Source: Propionibacteriaceae bacterium
Lineage (GTDB): Bacteria > Actinomycetota > Actinomycetes > Propionibacteriales > Propionibacteriaceae
Direction: 5' to 3'
Length of the DNA stretch: 32,000 nt
NCBI GenBank assembly: GCA_031256725.1
Contig: JAIRQE010000024.1
Coordinates: 16,360 to 48,359, forward strand
The notes beneath the pieces were generated by a model. It did no database searches. It was not told the DNA's origin and saw only the letters and a list, made by a program, of their open reading frames with translations. Below, piece after piece: positions 1 through 8,223 of the stretch. The translations under genes were made by a program, and so were the position numbers. The stretch's first letter is position 1. Each line of letters begins with the position of its first letter.

Positions 1-75
1 CAAAATGGAAGGTCACATTCTCAGCCTGAGAACGAAGACTATCGACGAAATCGACATCGTTTATCCAAGCGATCT

Positions 76-834
76 CTAGCTGCTGAGTACAATCCTCGTG
101 AACAGCGAATCGAGTTCCTCCCATCCGGGGTTGGGTTCACCTGGAAGGGCTGCAATTCGAGAATCAAGAATTGGAAGAGTTGTCTCAATGTGCTGGTTGA
201 GAGCCTCAATTCTGGGTACCTTCTTCTTCTCAGGAGTATTGACTTTGGCCTCAAGCAGGGCCTCAGTGTTGGCCGTCAGATTGGCGTCGGCTTGCGCGGA
301 AACTAGATCAGCAAAAAGAACTGGCGGTGGAGTCTTCCGATCAAGTATCCATTGGCAAGCAAGAATAGGGCGCAAGACATACAGATACTTCTTGAGTGTG
401 ACAGTGTCCCCTCGAAGATGTTCACGATAGTTGCCTGCAGCCATACTGAAATAGTGGTGAAGTGCCGATTTTGCCTGAAAGTACAACGCACTCACCTCGC
501 GTACCCACTCCCACTCAGTGGTGGTGCGATAGATGACTGGGGAGTTCATCCACTCGAATAGGGTCGGATTCGAGCCCCGCATTAACCTCAGGGTCTTATC
601 AAGATCCCATCCATTAATATCAAGAACCTCATCTAATTGCCACTCAATGACATCCCGTGTCTTTCCGAGTCGCCAGTAGAAATCTGGCTTACGTACATAG
701 ATAAAACGTACGTCATAATCACTGTCCGGGGAGGCAAAACCCCAAGCTCGCGAACCTGATTCAACAGCATGAAGGATACGGACCGACTCATTGGTCTCAA
801 TCTCTGTCAACTTCTCTGCAATAATTTCCAGCAT
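76..834 (-). CDS. Pol-beta-superfamily nucleotidyltransferase domain protein (YcgL / pfam10127 RlaP-like predicted nucleotidyltransferase)
   Basis: 252-aa ORF. The N-terminal HAVESGSRAWGFASPDSDYDVRFIY fits the minimal NTase motif G[SG]-x(9-13)-DxD. The rest is a helical C-terminal region typical of this family. Family assignment is from memory. Confidence 0.7.
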   Translation of the reverse strand: MLEIIAEKLTEIETNESVRILHAVESGSRAWGFASPDSDYDVRFIYVRKPDFYWRLGKTRDVIEWQLDEVLDINGWDLDKTLRLMRGSNPTLFEWMNSPVIYRTTTEWEWVREVSALYFQAKSALHHYFSMAAGNYREHLRGDTVTLKKYLYVLRPILACQWILDRKTPPPVLFADLVSAQADANLTANTEALLEAKVNTPEKKKVPRIEALNQHIETTLPILDSRIAALPGEPNPGWEELDSLFTRIVLSS

Positions 835-1106
835 CTCTTTAGTCTAATAGCCCGCCCACCCACGAGAAGGTTCATGACGTTGTCTGGCAAAAGGTGATCT
901 ATGGAATCTGGGGCAACCAGTGACTCACCAAACCACGGTCCATTATTGAGGCTGCACCCGAAGAACTCCAAGGACTTTACGAGGCAATCCTTCTCTCGTT
1001 GATACGTCCCCTGACACCTCCTCGCAGTGATGAGACATTGAGGGTGCAAGCAGTACCACCGAGTACACTTCCTCACGAGGTGCCCATGGGAGTCACCCGG
1101 ATTGGA

Positions 1107-1892
1107 ATGAAGATGATTGTTGCCCCTATGACTGGCCCTTGGGCTGTACTCGTCTTGGTGATGGCTGTGACTGGAGTCACAATCCACTTCGTATTCCGCA
1201 AGCGTGAACGCGATGTCAGACGCCGAGCACTCCTCATCTTTGCGCTAGTCAACCTGGGGTTCTCCATCACCTTCCACCTGACTTATATGATCAGCCCACC
1301 ACCTGAGGGCTTCCCAATCTTCCAGAATCTTCCCCTACATCTGTGTACCCTCATGAGTTGGTTGATGCCGTTCGCAGTGTGGTTCGACTGGCGGCCACTG
1401 CGGGCAGTCATCTTCTTCCCTGGCGCTCTCGCTGGGATGGCAGCATTGTTTTCTGCCGCCCCATCGTATTGGTACTATGGACTCTTTGACCTTCACACCT
1501 TCTTCTGGGTCAGCCATGGTTTCAACGCGGTCATCCCCTTCCTTCTAGCCTCCCTCCAGTTGTACCGGCCGAAGCTCATTGAGGCTGCTCTTGCTGCCTT
1601 GTACATCTTCATTGCTGCGCTGCTAATCCTCCCGATCACACTGATCTTCCGGGCTTGGGTGGACCCTGGTACGAACTACTTCTATGTCTTCGACCCCGAG
1701 GGCGCTGTCGTCCTAGAGTTCTTCAAGAACCTCATCCCACTCCCAGTCATCTACCTGATCCCACTACTGATCGTGGCTATTCCCGTCATGATGGGCCAGT
1801 ACGGAATCTACCGCCTAGCGAACCGAAGCCATCTCTCCAAAGAGACCTTGACCGAAACTATTGAAGCAACCGCCGACGCTACTTCCGCTTAG
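1107..1892 (+). CDS. Polytopic integral membrane protein, YwaF/TIGR02206-like
   Basis: The ORF spans 999..1892. I prefer the ATG at 1107 (MKMIVAPMTGPWAVLVLV...) because the first TM helix starts there and the 36 upstream codons are hydrophilic and Pro-rich. It is strongly hydrophobic throughout, with several apparent TM helices. Motifs LPLHLC, GALAGMAAL, YRP and NYFY resemble the YwaF family as I recall it. Confidence 0.6.
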   Translation: MKMIVAPMTGPWAVLVLVMAVTGVTIHFVFRKRERDVRRRALLIFALVNLGFSITFHLTYMISPPPEGFPIFQNLPLHLCTLMSWLMPFAVWFDWRPLRAVIFFPGALAGMAALFSAAPSYWYYGLFDLHTFFWVSHGFNAVIPFLLASLQLYRPKLIEAALAALYIFIAALLILPITLIFRAWVDPGTNYFYVFDPEGAVVLEFFKNLIPLPVIYLIPLLIVAIPVMMGQYGIYRLANRSHLSKETLTETIEATADATSA

Positions 1893-3918
1893 TGTACTCA
1901 CTCAGGGATCTGGTACGGAGGAAACTCTCGCCCACTATGGCGTACACCTTCGCAGCCGTTTCTACCTCTGACAAGGGTACATACTCGTCGGGACTGTGGG
2001 CTTGGGTGAGGTCCCCAGGACCATAGACGGCTCCGGTGATTCCTTGTCGGGCGAGCAACTCCACCTCACAGTACCCACGGAATAAGGCCGATTCAGCAGT
2101 CGTACCTGTGACTTCATGGTGGGCGCGCTCTAAGCCCTCAGCGAGAGTGGAATCCTCACCAGCCTGCCATGGGGAGAAGGATTGCTCACACACGAGGTCG
2201 GCGTCGATGTCGTTATCTGCGCAGACTTTGGCGAAGATCCGACGTACCTCGCTGATGACTTCCTCGATATCCTCGCCTGGGAAAACCTGCCGGTCGAAGG
2301 CGATCCGGCAGGTGTCTGGTACGAAGGTGACCCCCACTCCCCCTTCAATGACACCAAGATTCACGCTGGGATCATGAGGGAAACCAAGTGTGGCTCCAAG
2401 CCCGCGCAAGGACTCATGGTACTCCTGGAGTGCAGCCACGATTGTGGTCATCTTCACGATGGCATTGTCACCACGTTCAGCCATTCCTGTATGCGATGAG
2501 CGCCCTCGTACGACCGCTGTGAACTCTGCCGCACCCTGCAAGGCCGAGGCCACCTGGAGCGAGGTTGGTTCGCCCACGATTGCCTGAGTGCAGTTCTTGA
2601 GGGTACCCGCGTTAATCAGCGCTTGGGTACCCTTGAACCAGACTTCCTCATCAATGACTGCGGTGAGCATCAGGCTTCGGTGACGCGGTACCTCGGCTTT
2701 GACGATGGCTTCAATAGCGGCCACCATGGCGGCAAGACCGCCCTTCATGTCACAGGTTCCCCGGCCATAGACCTTGCCATCAATGATCTCCCCACCCAAT
2801 GGGTCGGTTGTCCACAGGCCCAGATCCCCAATAGCAACCGTATCGACATGCCCATTGAACAGCAGGCATTCCTCGGATTCCCCATGCAATACCGCCACAA
2901 CATTCGGGCGACCAGGTTCGACCTCGTGAAGCTCCACATCAAGGCCACATCTGGCTAAACGCTCCGCGATCAACTGGGCCGCTTCCCCTTCCCGACCAGG
3001 CGGATTCTCGGAGTTGGCGCGTACCAAATCTGTGAGGAAGGTACCCAAGGCTTGGGAATCCACGAAGTCGGCTGCAGTACGAGGTTCAGTTGGGTGTACA
3101 GAACTTGGAAGTGGAGTACCAGAGGTCACCTTTGTGGCAGTCGCCTTGGTTGAAGGTACTCCCCGGATGGACTTCAACAGGTGGCTGGACAGTTCAATAA
3201 AACGGGGATGGGATTGCATCTCCAAACGCCGTGGCCGAGGAAGATCAACCTCAACTTGGGTGTGAATGCGACCGGGCCTCGGGGTCATGGTCATCACGCG
3301 GTCAGAGATGTACACCGCTTCTTCGATGTCGTGGGTGACGAAGAGTACGGTCAGACGATGGGTCTCCCAGACCTCAGTGAGAAGCTCCTGCATCTCGTGA
3401 CGGGTCAGAGCATCCAGGGCACCGAAGGGCTCATCCATGAGCAGGATCTCTGGACGATAGCTCAGTGAACGGGCGAGGGCAACACGCTGCTGCATCCCAC
3501 CAGAGAGTTGGGCGGGGTAATGATCCTCGAAACCTAGAAGACCCACCAATTCCAGATGTTCACGGGCAACCTCACTACGTTGGGTAGCAGTAAGGGGTTC
3601 ACCACGCAAGGCGAACTCGACATTTTTGCGGGCGGTCAGCCATGGCAACAAGGTTGCATGTTGGAAGACCACTCCCCTGTCCCGACCAGGGCCAGTGACT
3701 GGTTCCCCGCTCACGATGACTTCACCAGTGGTGGGTTCAGTCAAACCAGCAATGATCGATAGGAGGGTGGATTTCCCGCAACCGGAGACACCCACCAGGG
3801 AGACAAACTCGTTCTCACCCAGGGTGAGATCAATCTCCTCAAGGGCGCTGACAGATCCGAATCTCTTTGACAGGGATCGAATTTCGACTCTGGGTGTGAC
3901 AGGATTCGTGCTCATCAT
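1879..3918 (-). CDS. Fusion protein: NitT/TauT-family ABC transporter ATP-binding domain (aa 1-~252), S/T/P-rich linker, then M20-family metallo-amidohydrolase (ArgE/DapE/YlmB-like, aa ~284-679)
   Basis: One uninterrupted 679-aa ORF. The NBD carries Walker A GVSGCGKST, signature LSGGMQQR, Walker B ILLMDEP and H-loop VTHD. The linker is VPSTKATATKVTSGTPLPSSVHPTEPRTAADF. The M20 part carries HVDTV, GRGTCDMKGG, VIDEE and a C-terminal AHSPDE. The start overlaps the permease stop (ATGATGA at 3912-3918). Confidence 0.85.
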   Translation of the reverse strand: MMSTNPVTPRVEIRSLSKRFGSVSALEEIDLTLGENEFVSLVGVSGCGKSTLLSIIAGLTEPTTGEVIVSGEPVTGPGRDRGVVFQHATLLPWLTARKNVEFALRGEPLTATQRSEVAREHLELVGLLGFEDHYPAQLSGGMQQRVALARSLSYRPEILLMDEPFGALDALTRHEMQELLTEVWETHRLTVLFVTHDIEEAVYISDRVMTMTPRPGRIHTQVEVDLPRPRRLEMQSHPRFIELSSHLLKSIRGVPSTKATATKVTSGTPLPSSVHPTEPRTAADFVDSQALGTFLTDLVRANSENPPGREGEAAQLIAERLARCGLDVELHEVEPGRPNVVAVLHGESEECLLFNGHVDTVAIGDLGLWTTDPLGGEIIDGKVYGRGTCDMKGGLAAMVAAIEAIVKAEVPRHRSLMLTAVIDEEVWFKGTQALINAGTLKNCTQAIVGEPTSLQVASALQGAAEFTAVVRGRSSHTGMAERGDNAIVKMTTIVAALQEYHESLRGLGATLGFPHDPSVNLGVIEGGVGVTFVPDTCRIAFDRQVFPGEDIEEVISEVRRIFAKVCADNDIDADLVCEQSFSPWQAGEDSTLAEGLERAHHEVTGTTAESALFRGYCEVELLARQGITGAVYGPGDLTQAHSPDEYVPLSEVETAAKVYAIVGESFLRTRSLSEYTKRK

Positions 3919-4709
3919 CGTACCTTCTCGTAACGGAAAAGCATACGACCAATAGCCCTCATGATTTGGTCGAAGATCAACCCGAGGAGACCCAGGACCA
4001 CCAGGTACCCGATGATGGTGTCTGTGGCGAAATAACGTTGGGCAACGGTGATTCGATACCCCATACCGCCACTGGCGGCGACCAGTTCAGCGACGACCAG
4101 CCAGGTCCAGGCCCATCCGAGGGTGATCCTCAAAGTGTCGAAGATCCGGGGCCACGCGGCGGGGAAAACGATCCTTGCGAGGATCTGGTGGCGTTTCATT
4201 CCCAGGGTTTCACCCAGGTGGATCATGGATTGGGGTACCTGATGGACGGCATCGGTGATCATGAGCACCTGCTGGAAGAAGGTACCCATCCAGATGATGG
4301 CGAACTTCTGTGAATCACCTGTCCCCACCCAGAGGATCGACAGTGGCACAAAGGCAACCACTGGCATATAACGGACAAAGTCGAAGAGAGGTTCCAACCC
4401 TGCTCGGATCCTTGCGGACATCCCCATGAAGGGGCCGATCGCCAGGGCCATCACAGTGGCGAGGAGGTACCCGATGGTGATCCGATAGACGGACAACCCA
4501 ATGTCGCTCCACAGTTCACCATTCTTGGCTCTGACCACCAGGGAACCGATGACATCCCCAGGGCTGGGAAGGAACAGACTGGGAACAAGTCCGGCTGCGG
4601 TGACCGCAAACCAGACCAGCCCCAATACTGTGAAGGTTCCAAGTGTGATGACCAGATACTGACGTCTGGAGATCTTGGCCCGTACCCGGGAACCTCTGTT
4701 CGACACCAC
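3915..4709 (-). CDS. ABC transporter permease (NitT/TauT family, SsuC/TauC/ThiX-like)
   Basis: 264-aa ORF with a GTG start preceded by AAGGA. It is a multi-TM protein with a BPD-transporter-like core (MGTFFQQVLMITDAV...LGMKRHQILARIVFPAAWPRIF, an EAA-loop-like segment). It is translationally coupled to the downstream ATPase. Confidence 0.85.
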   Translation of the reverse strand: MVSNRGSRVRAKISRRQYLVITLGTFTVLGLVWFAVTAAGLVPSLFLPSPGDVIGSLVVRAKNGELWSDIGLSVYRITIGYLLATVMALAIGPFMGMSARIRAGLEPLFDFVRYMPVVAFVPLSILWVGTGDSQKFAIIWMGTFFQQVLMITDAVHQVPQSMIHLGETLGMKRHQILARIVFPAAWPRIFDTLRITLGWAWTWLVVAELVAASGGMGYRITVAQRYFATDTIIGYLVVLGLLGLIFDQIMRAIGRMLFRYEKVR

Positions 4710-4714
4710 GTTCC

Positions 4715-5698
4715 TTAGCTGAGGTACTGTGCGTCGATCGCTTGATCAGGATCGGCAGAACCACTCAACAAACCAGCGGTGACTGCAACCTCTTTGACCG
4801 CAGGGAGGGTGGCCGTACGATACTCGCCATCCAACAAGCGCTGGTTGTCGGAGAGACTGTAGAAGATCACACCATCGAAGGCAGTGACAAGATCTGCAGG
4901 ATCCTCACCAACACCACGGGCGATGATGGCGCGACCATCCTCAACATTGGCGTTGTAATAGTCAACGGCCTGACCCCAGGATGCGATGAGTGCCTTCACA
5001 GCATCAGCGTTCTCGGCAGCAAACTTGTCGGAAACCATCAATACATCCGAGATGAGACCCTGCTTGGCGCTCGCATCATAGATGACATGCATGTCTGAGT
5101 TCTCAGCCAAGGCGGAGGTGATATAGGGCTCATAGGTCACTGCGGCAGGTACCTGACCAGCAATCACAGCAGCACCAGCATTAGCTGCACCCATGGGCAC
5201 CTTCTCAATGTCAGTGATCGTCATCCCAGCCTCAGCCAGTGCATAGTTCAATAGGAGATCGGAGGTTGCGCCCTCTTCATAGGCGACCTTCTTGCCTTTC
5301 AGATCGGCGACTGTTGTGATCTCACTCGTGGTGATAATGGCATCGGCCGATGTGGCAGCGTCCTCAAGAAGTACGATCTTGGCTTCGACTCCAGATTCGA
5401 TCATCAGTAGCGCCCCATGGGAGGCAACATTGAGAGCATCAACTCGGCCACCAGCCAAAGCAGCCAACATATCGGCATCAGCCTCGAAGTCGGTCAACGT
5501 AACATCCAACCCATTCTCGGCGAAGAAGCCCTTCTCTTGGGCAATGTACCAGGCTCCATATCCCAGCCATGGTTGAATAGCAATTGACACCTTCGTCAAG
5601 CCTTCATCCTCAGTCTTGTCATCAGCGGTAGTACATCCACCCATGAATCCAGTAGCCAAGAGAGCTAAAGAAATCAACATAACCTTGGGCATGCGCAT
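4715..5698 (-). CDS. ABC substrate-binding lipoprotein, NMT1/THI5-like (sulfonate/nitrate/taurine/ThiY family)
   Basis: 327-aa ORF. Signal peptide plus lipobox MLISLALLATGFMGGC. The periplasmic-binding fold pattern (IQPWLGYGAWYIAQEKGFF...GLDV, ADLKGKKVA) is typical of the NMT1/SsuA family. It is the first gene of the 3-gene operon. Confidence 0.8.
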   Translation of the reverse strand: MRMPKVMLISLALLATGFMGGCTTADDKTEDEGLTKVSIAIQPWLGYGAWYIAQEKGFFAENGLDVTLTDFEADADMLAALAGGRVDALNVASHGALLMIESGVEAKIVLLEDAATSADAIITTSEITTVADLKGKKVAYEEGATSDLLLNYALAEAGMTITDIEKVPMGAANAGAAVIAGQVPAAVTYEPYITSALAENSDMHVIYDASAKQGLISDVLMVSDKFAAENADAVKALIASWGQAVDYYNANVEDGRAIIARGVGEDPADLVTAFDGVIFYSLSDNQRLLDGEYRTATLPAVKEVAVTAGLLSGSADPDQAIDAQYLS

Positions 5699-5861
5699 AT
5701 CGCGGCACCTTTCTTTGTAAGTTCAGGTGATAAACCTAGCTAAGTTATGTTACGAAACATTGACGATAGTGACGATGGTGAATTCCTCGTCCTGGGCTAC
5801 CATGAGAACCTGGTTCAGTTTGCTCTGCACCCCACCATCCATCTTGGAGGACATCGCTTTT

Positions 5862-7091
5862 ATGTTCGGTACACCTGAAGTCCTAGCTCCCGCCGGCAAT
5901 CCGGAACGTTTGGATGCTGCCATTCGCTATGGCGCGAATGCGGTCTACCTTGCGGGAAGACAGTACGGTTTGCGCTCTGCTGCTGGGAACTTTGATGACG
6001 AGCAATTAGCTCAAGCAGTGAGTACTGCCCACGCACATGGGGTTCATGTCTACATCACCTGCAATACTCTTCCACGCGATGATGAGTTGGATGGACTCCC
6101 GGCGACCATGGAGTACTGGCAAGAGATCGGAGTCGACGCCATCATTGTGGCTGACCTGGGGGTCTTGAACCTGGCCAAGCACCATGCACCTCAGTGCGCG
6201 ATCCATATGTCCACACAAACTGGCATTGTCAATAGCCTCACAGCGCGAGAGTTGCATGACATGGGGGCCTCCCGGGTGGTACTTGCTCGCGAGTTGTCCA
6301 TGGACGAGATCGCCGGGATTCGCGAACGTACCCCGCCAGAACTCGAACTGGAAGCCTTCGTACACGGGTCAATGTGTATGGCCGTCTCAGGGCGCTGCAT
6401 GATGTCGGCTGCCATGACGAACCGTGACGCCAACCGCGGCAATTGCACCCAGCCCTGTCGATGGAGTTACACCATCGTCGAAGAGAAACGTCCAGGGCAA
6501 TACATGAGTGTCGAGGAGGATGCCTCCGGTACCTATATCTTTAACGCTGAGGACCTCAATATGGTTGAGCATCTGTCTGCCCTCACAAGAGCTGGGGTTA
6601 CCTCCTTCAAAATCGAGGGACGCGCCAAATCACCCTTCTATGTTGCCGTCATCACCAACGCCTATCGCGTGGCGGTCGACGGCCTAGTTGCCTCAGGTTT
6701 CGACCCAGACTACCGACCCGCCCCCTGGGTCATTGAGGAACTCAACAAGGTCTCCCATCGCCCCTATGGCACAGGTTTCTTCTTCGGCCCACCTTCCCAG
6801 TCAACCAATTTCGGAGGGTACGTACGCGACTACTCTCTCGCCGCAGTTGTTGAAGGCTGGGCCGATGGGAGGTTGTACCTCACTCAGCGCAACAGATTCC
6901 TGGCAGGCCAAGCCTTGGAGGTGCTCCTGCCTGGGCGAGAACCCGTGTGCTTGATGGCCGAGGATCTGCGTGACGGAGACGGCGAACCTATCGATGCTGC
7001 ACGCCACCCCATGATGCCAGCCTCCATCCGCTCTGGTACGAGCCTGCCGCCGGGAAGTTTTGTACGTATGGAGATGGCGAAATCTCGATAG
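5862..7091 (+). CDS. U32-family 'peptidase' with 4-Cys Fe-S motif (TrhP/RlhA/UbiU-type family)
   Basis: The ORF spans 5727..7091. The ATG at 5862 (MFGTPEVLAPAGNPERL, the canonical U32 N-terminus) is preceded by GGAGGA at 5846-5851. The motif C-x6-C-x15-C-x3-C (CMAVSGRC...NCTQPC) is encoded at 6375-6458. Confidence 0.85.
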   Translation: MFGTPEVLAPAGNPERLDAAIRYGANAVYLAGRQYGLRSAAGNFDDEQLAQAVSTAHAHGVHVYITCNTLPRDDELDGLPATMEYWQEIGVDAIIVADLGVLNLAKHHAPQCAIHMSTQTGIVNSLTARELHDMGASRVVLARELSMDEIAGIRERTPPELELEAFVHGSMCMAVSGRCMMSAAMTNRDANRGNCTQPCRWSYTIVEEKRPGQYMSVEEDASGTYIFNAEDLNMVEHLSALTRAGVTSFKIEGRAKSPFYVAVITNAYRVAVDGLVASGFDPDYRPAPWVIEELNKVSHRPYGTGFFFGPPSQSTNFGGYVRDYSLAAVVEGWADGRLYLTQRNRFLAGQALEVLLPGREPVCLMAEDLRDGDGEPIDAARHPMMPASIRSGTSLPPGSFVRMEMAKSR

Positions 7092-7176
7092 GATGAAGAT
7101 GCGCAGTCCATGGGTACGCTTGAAGACGCGCAGGTCCATCGTGGAAAAGGATCGGATCACGAGCTAGTCTAAGATC

Positions 7177-7818
7177 ATGACCGACTATCCCGATTATCCC
7201 CGTGAGAGGCGACCCATCCCTGCTTCCCTGAGGTCACATGCAGCCCAGAATCCTGGTGGGTACGTTGCGGAGATCGACAAAACCATGATCGGTAATCCCG
7301 ATGGGTATGTACCCAATGAGGCCATCTTAGGGCTCTTCTGCATTGGTACCGATGGGCAAGCTACTGGCGAATTCATCGTCAACCCCCATCATGGTCAAGT
7401 CAAGGATGACTTCAGACTATTGGAGGACTCCAATCATTGGCTCGGCTGGATGCCCGACAAACCCGCCCTAGCCATTCGCAAGATCCTGGAAGAGGTACTC
7501 AATGAACAGGTCGCCGGGTCAGTCCTGGATTGGGTAAAGGTCCTTAAAGAACCAGTATTCCTCACCTCAGGAATTCGCTCCCCCCAAGACTCCACAAAAA
7601 TCATCGTGCGACGTACCGCTTTGGCCATAGTCTTCGCTTTAGCGGTACGCCCACCCTCCGAAAAGATCCAAATCCTCACCGGAGCATTCTCCTGGGTAGT
7701 CACAGGCCTCAATCAGGGCCCGAGACGGGATCGCACCTGGCTGGACCTAGGAATGACACGCATACAAGCAGAACAAGCCCTAGAAAAACGCATCTTCGAG
7801 GATGAAGGAACCAACTAA
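7177..7818 (+). CDS. Hypothetical protein (conserved-actinobacterial-looking, no function assignable)
   Basis: 213-aa ORF with coding-like composition in a clean intergenic context. The N-terminal segment GGYVAEIDKTMIGNPDGYVPNEAILGLFCIGTDGQATGEFIVNPHH looks like a recurring actinobacterial motif, but I cannot name the family with confidence. Confidence 0.55.
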   Translation: MTDYPDYPRERRPIPASLRSHAAQNPGGYVAEIDKTMIGNPDGYVPNEAILGLFCIGTDGQATGEFIVNPHHGQVKDDFRLLEDSNHWLGWMPDKPALAIRKILEEVLNEQVAGSVLDWVKVLKEPVFLTSGIRSPQDSTKIIVRRTALAIVFALAVRPPSEKIQILTGAFSWVVTGLNQGPRRDRTWLDLGMTRIQAEQALEKRIFEDEGTN

Positions 7819-7898
7819 TCTGAGATTCATCCCCCCTCAATTTCTTAGAACCCAACCCCATCGCGTACAATGATTCTCCGGTGCGTAGACGCACCAAT

Positions 7899-7975
7899 GG
7901 TACCTATAGCTCAGCTGGTAGAGCATCTGGTTGTGGTCCAGAGGGTCGCCGGTTCAAGTCCGGTTAGGTACCCCA
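7899..7975 (+). tRNA. tRNA-His (anticodon GTG), with encoded G-1 and encoded CCA
   Basis: Hand-folded cloverleaf. 8-bp acceptor including G-1:C73 (GGTACCTA/TAGGTACC), D arm GCTC-AGCTGGTA-GAGC, anticodon arm TCTGG-TTGTGGT-CCAGA, T arm GCCGG-TTCAAGT-CCGGT, then CCA at 7973-7975. Confidence 0.9.
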
Positions 7976-7990
7976 CAGGAAGATCGAGCG

Positions 7991-8024
7991 CAGCGCGAAC
8001 GTGGTTCGCGCTGTTGTGGTTTTC
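7991..8024 (+). terminator. Rho-independent terminator after tRNA-His
   Basis: Perfect 10-bp stem cagcgcgaac / gttcgcgctg (7991-8000 / 8004-8013) with a 3-nt loop, followed by ttgtggttttc. Confidence 0.6.
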
Positions 8025-8223
8025 AGAGAGGGCGCGGCGGATGCTCGCATCCGTGAGCGACCGCTCAGAAAACCACGCAATGTGAGCAAAGCTCGCATTG
8101 CCGAGAACAAGCAGACGCACCTCAATGTCAGATGACTGACGTATCTGACACTATTCATGCTTGTGGGGTTTCTGTGTCACGAGATACGTCTCCTGACATC
8201 CCACGCAGACAAGTCTGCAACCA

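Noticed and set aside
5780-5861. Possible TPP (THI-box) riboswitch upstream of the NMT1/THI5-like SBP gene. The minus strand reads GGUGGGGUGCAGAGCAAACUGAACCAGGUUCUCAUGGUAGCCCAGGACGAGGAAUUCACC.
   Set aside because: Only the GGGGUGC element and a vague GAACC...AGG...GAGGAA resemblance are present. The invariant CUGAGA and the ACCC closing of P2 are missing, and I could not fold P4/P5. A cmsearch with RF00059 would be decisive.
5727-5861. N-terminal extensions offered by the ORF track. Examples are 5727 for the U32 gene, 999 for the membrane protein, 28885 for the SRPBCC gene, 18819 for pntA and 10696 for oppF.
   Set aside because: The extensions lack family similarity, are compositionally odd, or overlap upstream genes. 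Internal starts give canonical family N-termini with RBS-like sequences.
7880-7895. Hairpin ggtgcg-taga-cgcacc immediately 5' of tRNA-His, considered as a terminator for the upstream gene.
   Set aside because: It has a short 6-bp stem and no U-tract, and it lies 3 nt before the mature tRNA 5' end. It is more likely part of the pre-tRNA leader and is not separately supportable.
7964-8158. 64-aa minus-strand ORF downstream of the tandem-Phd gene, considered as the missing toxin.
   Set aside because: It runs through the tRNA-His terminator and into the tRNA itself, is Arg/Ala/Ser-rich with no toxin-like motif, and starts 66 nt after the antitoxin stop without an RBS.
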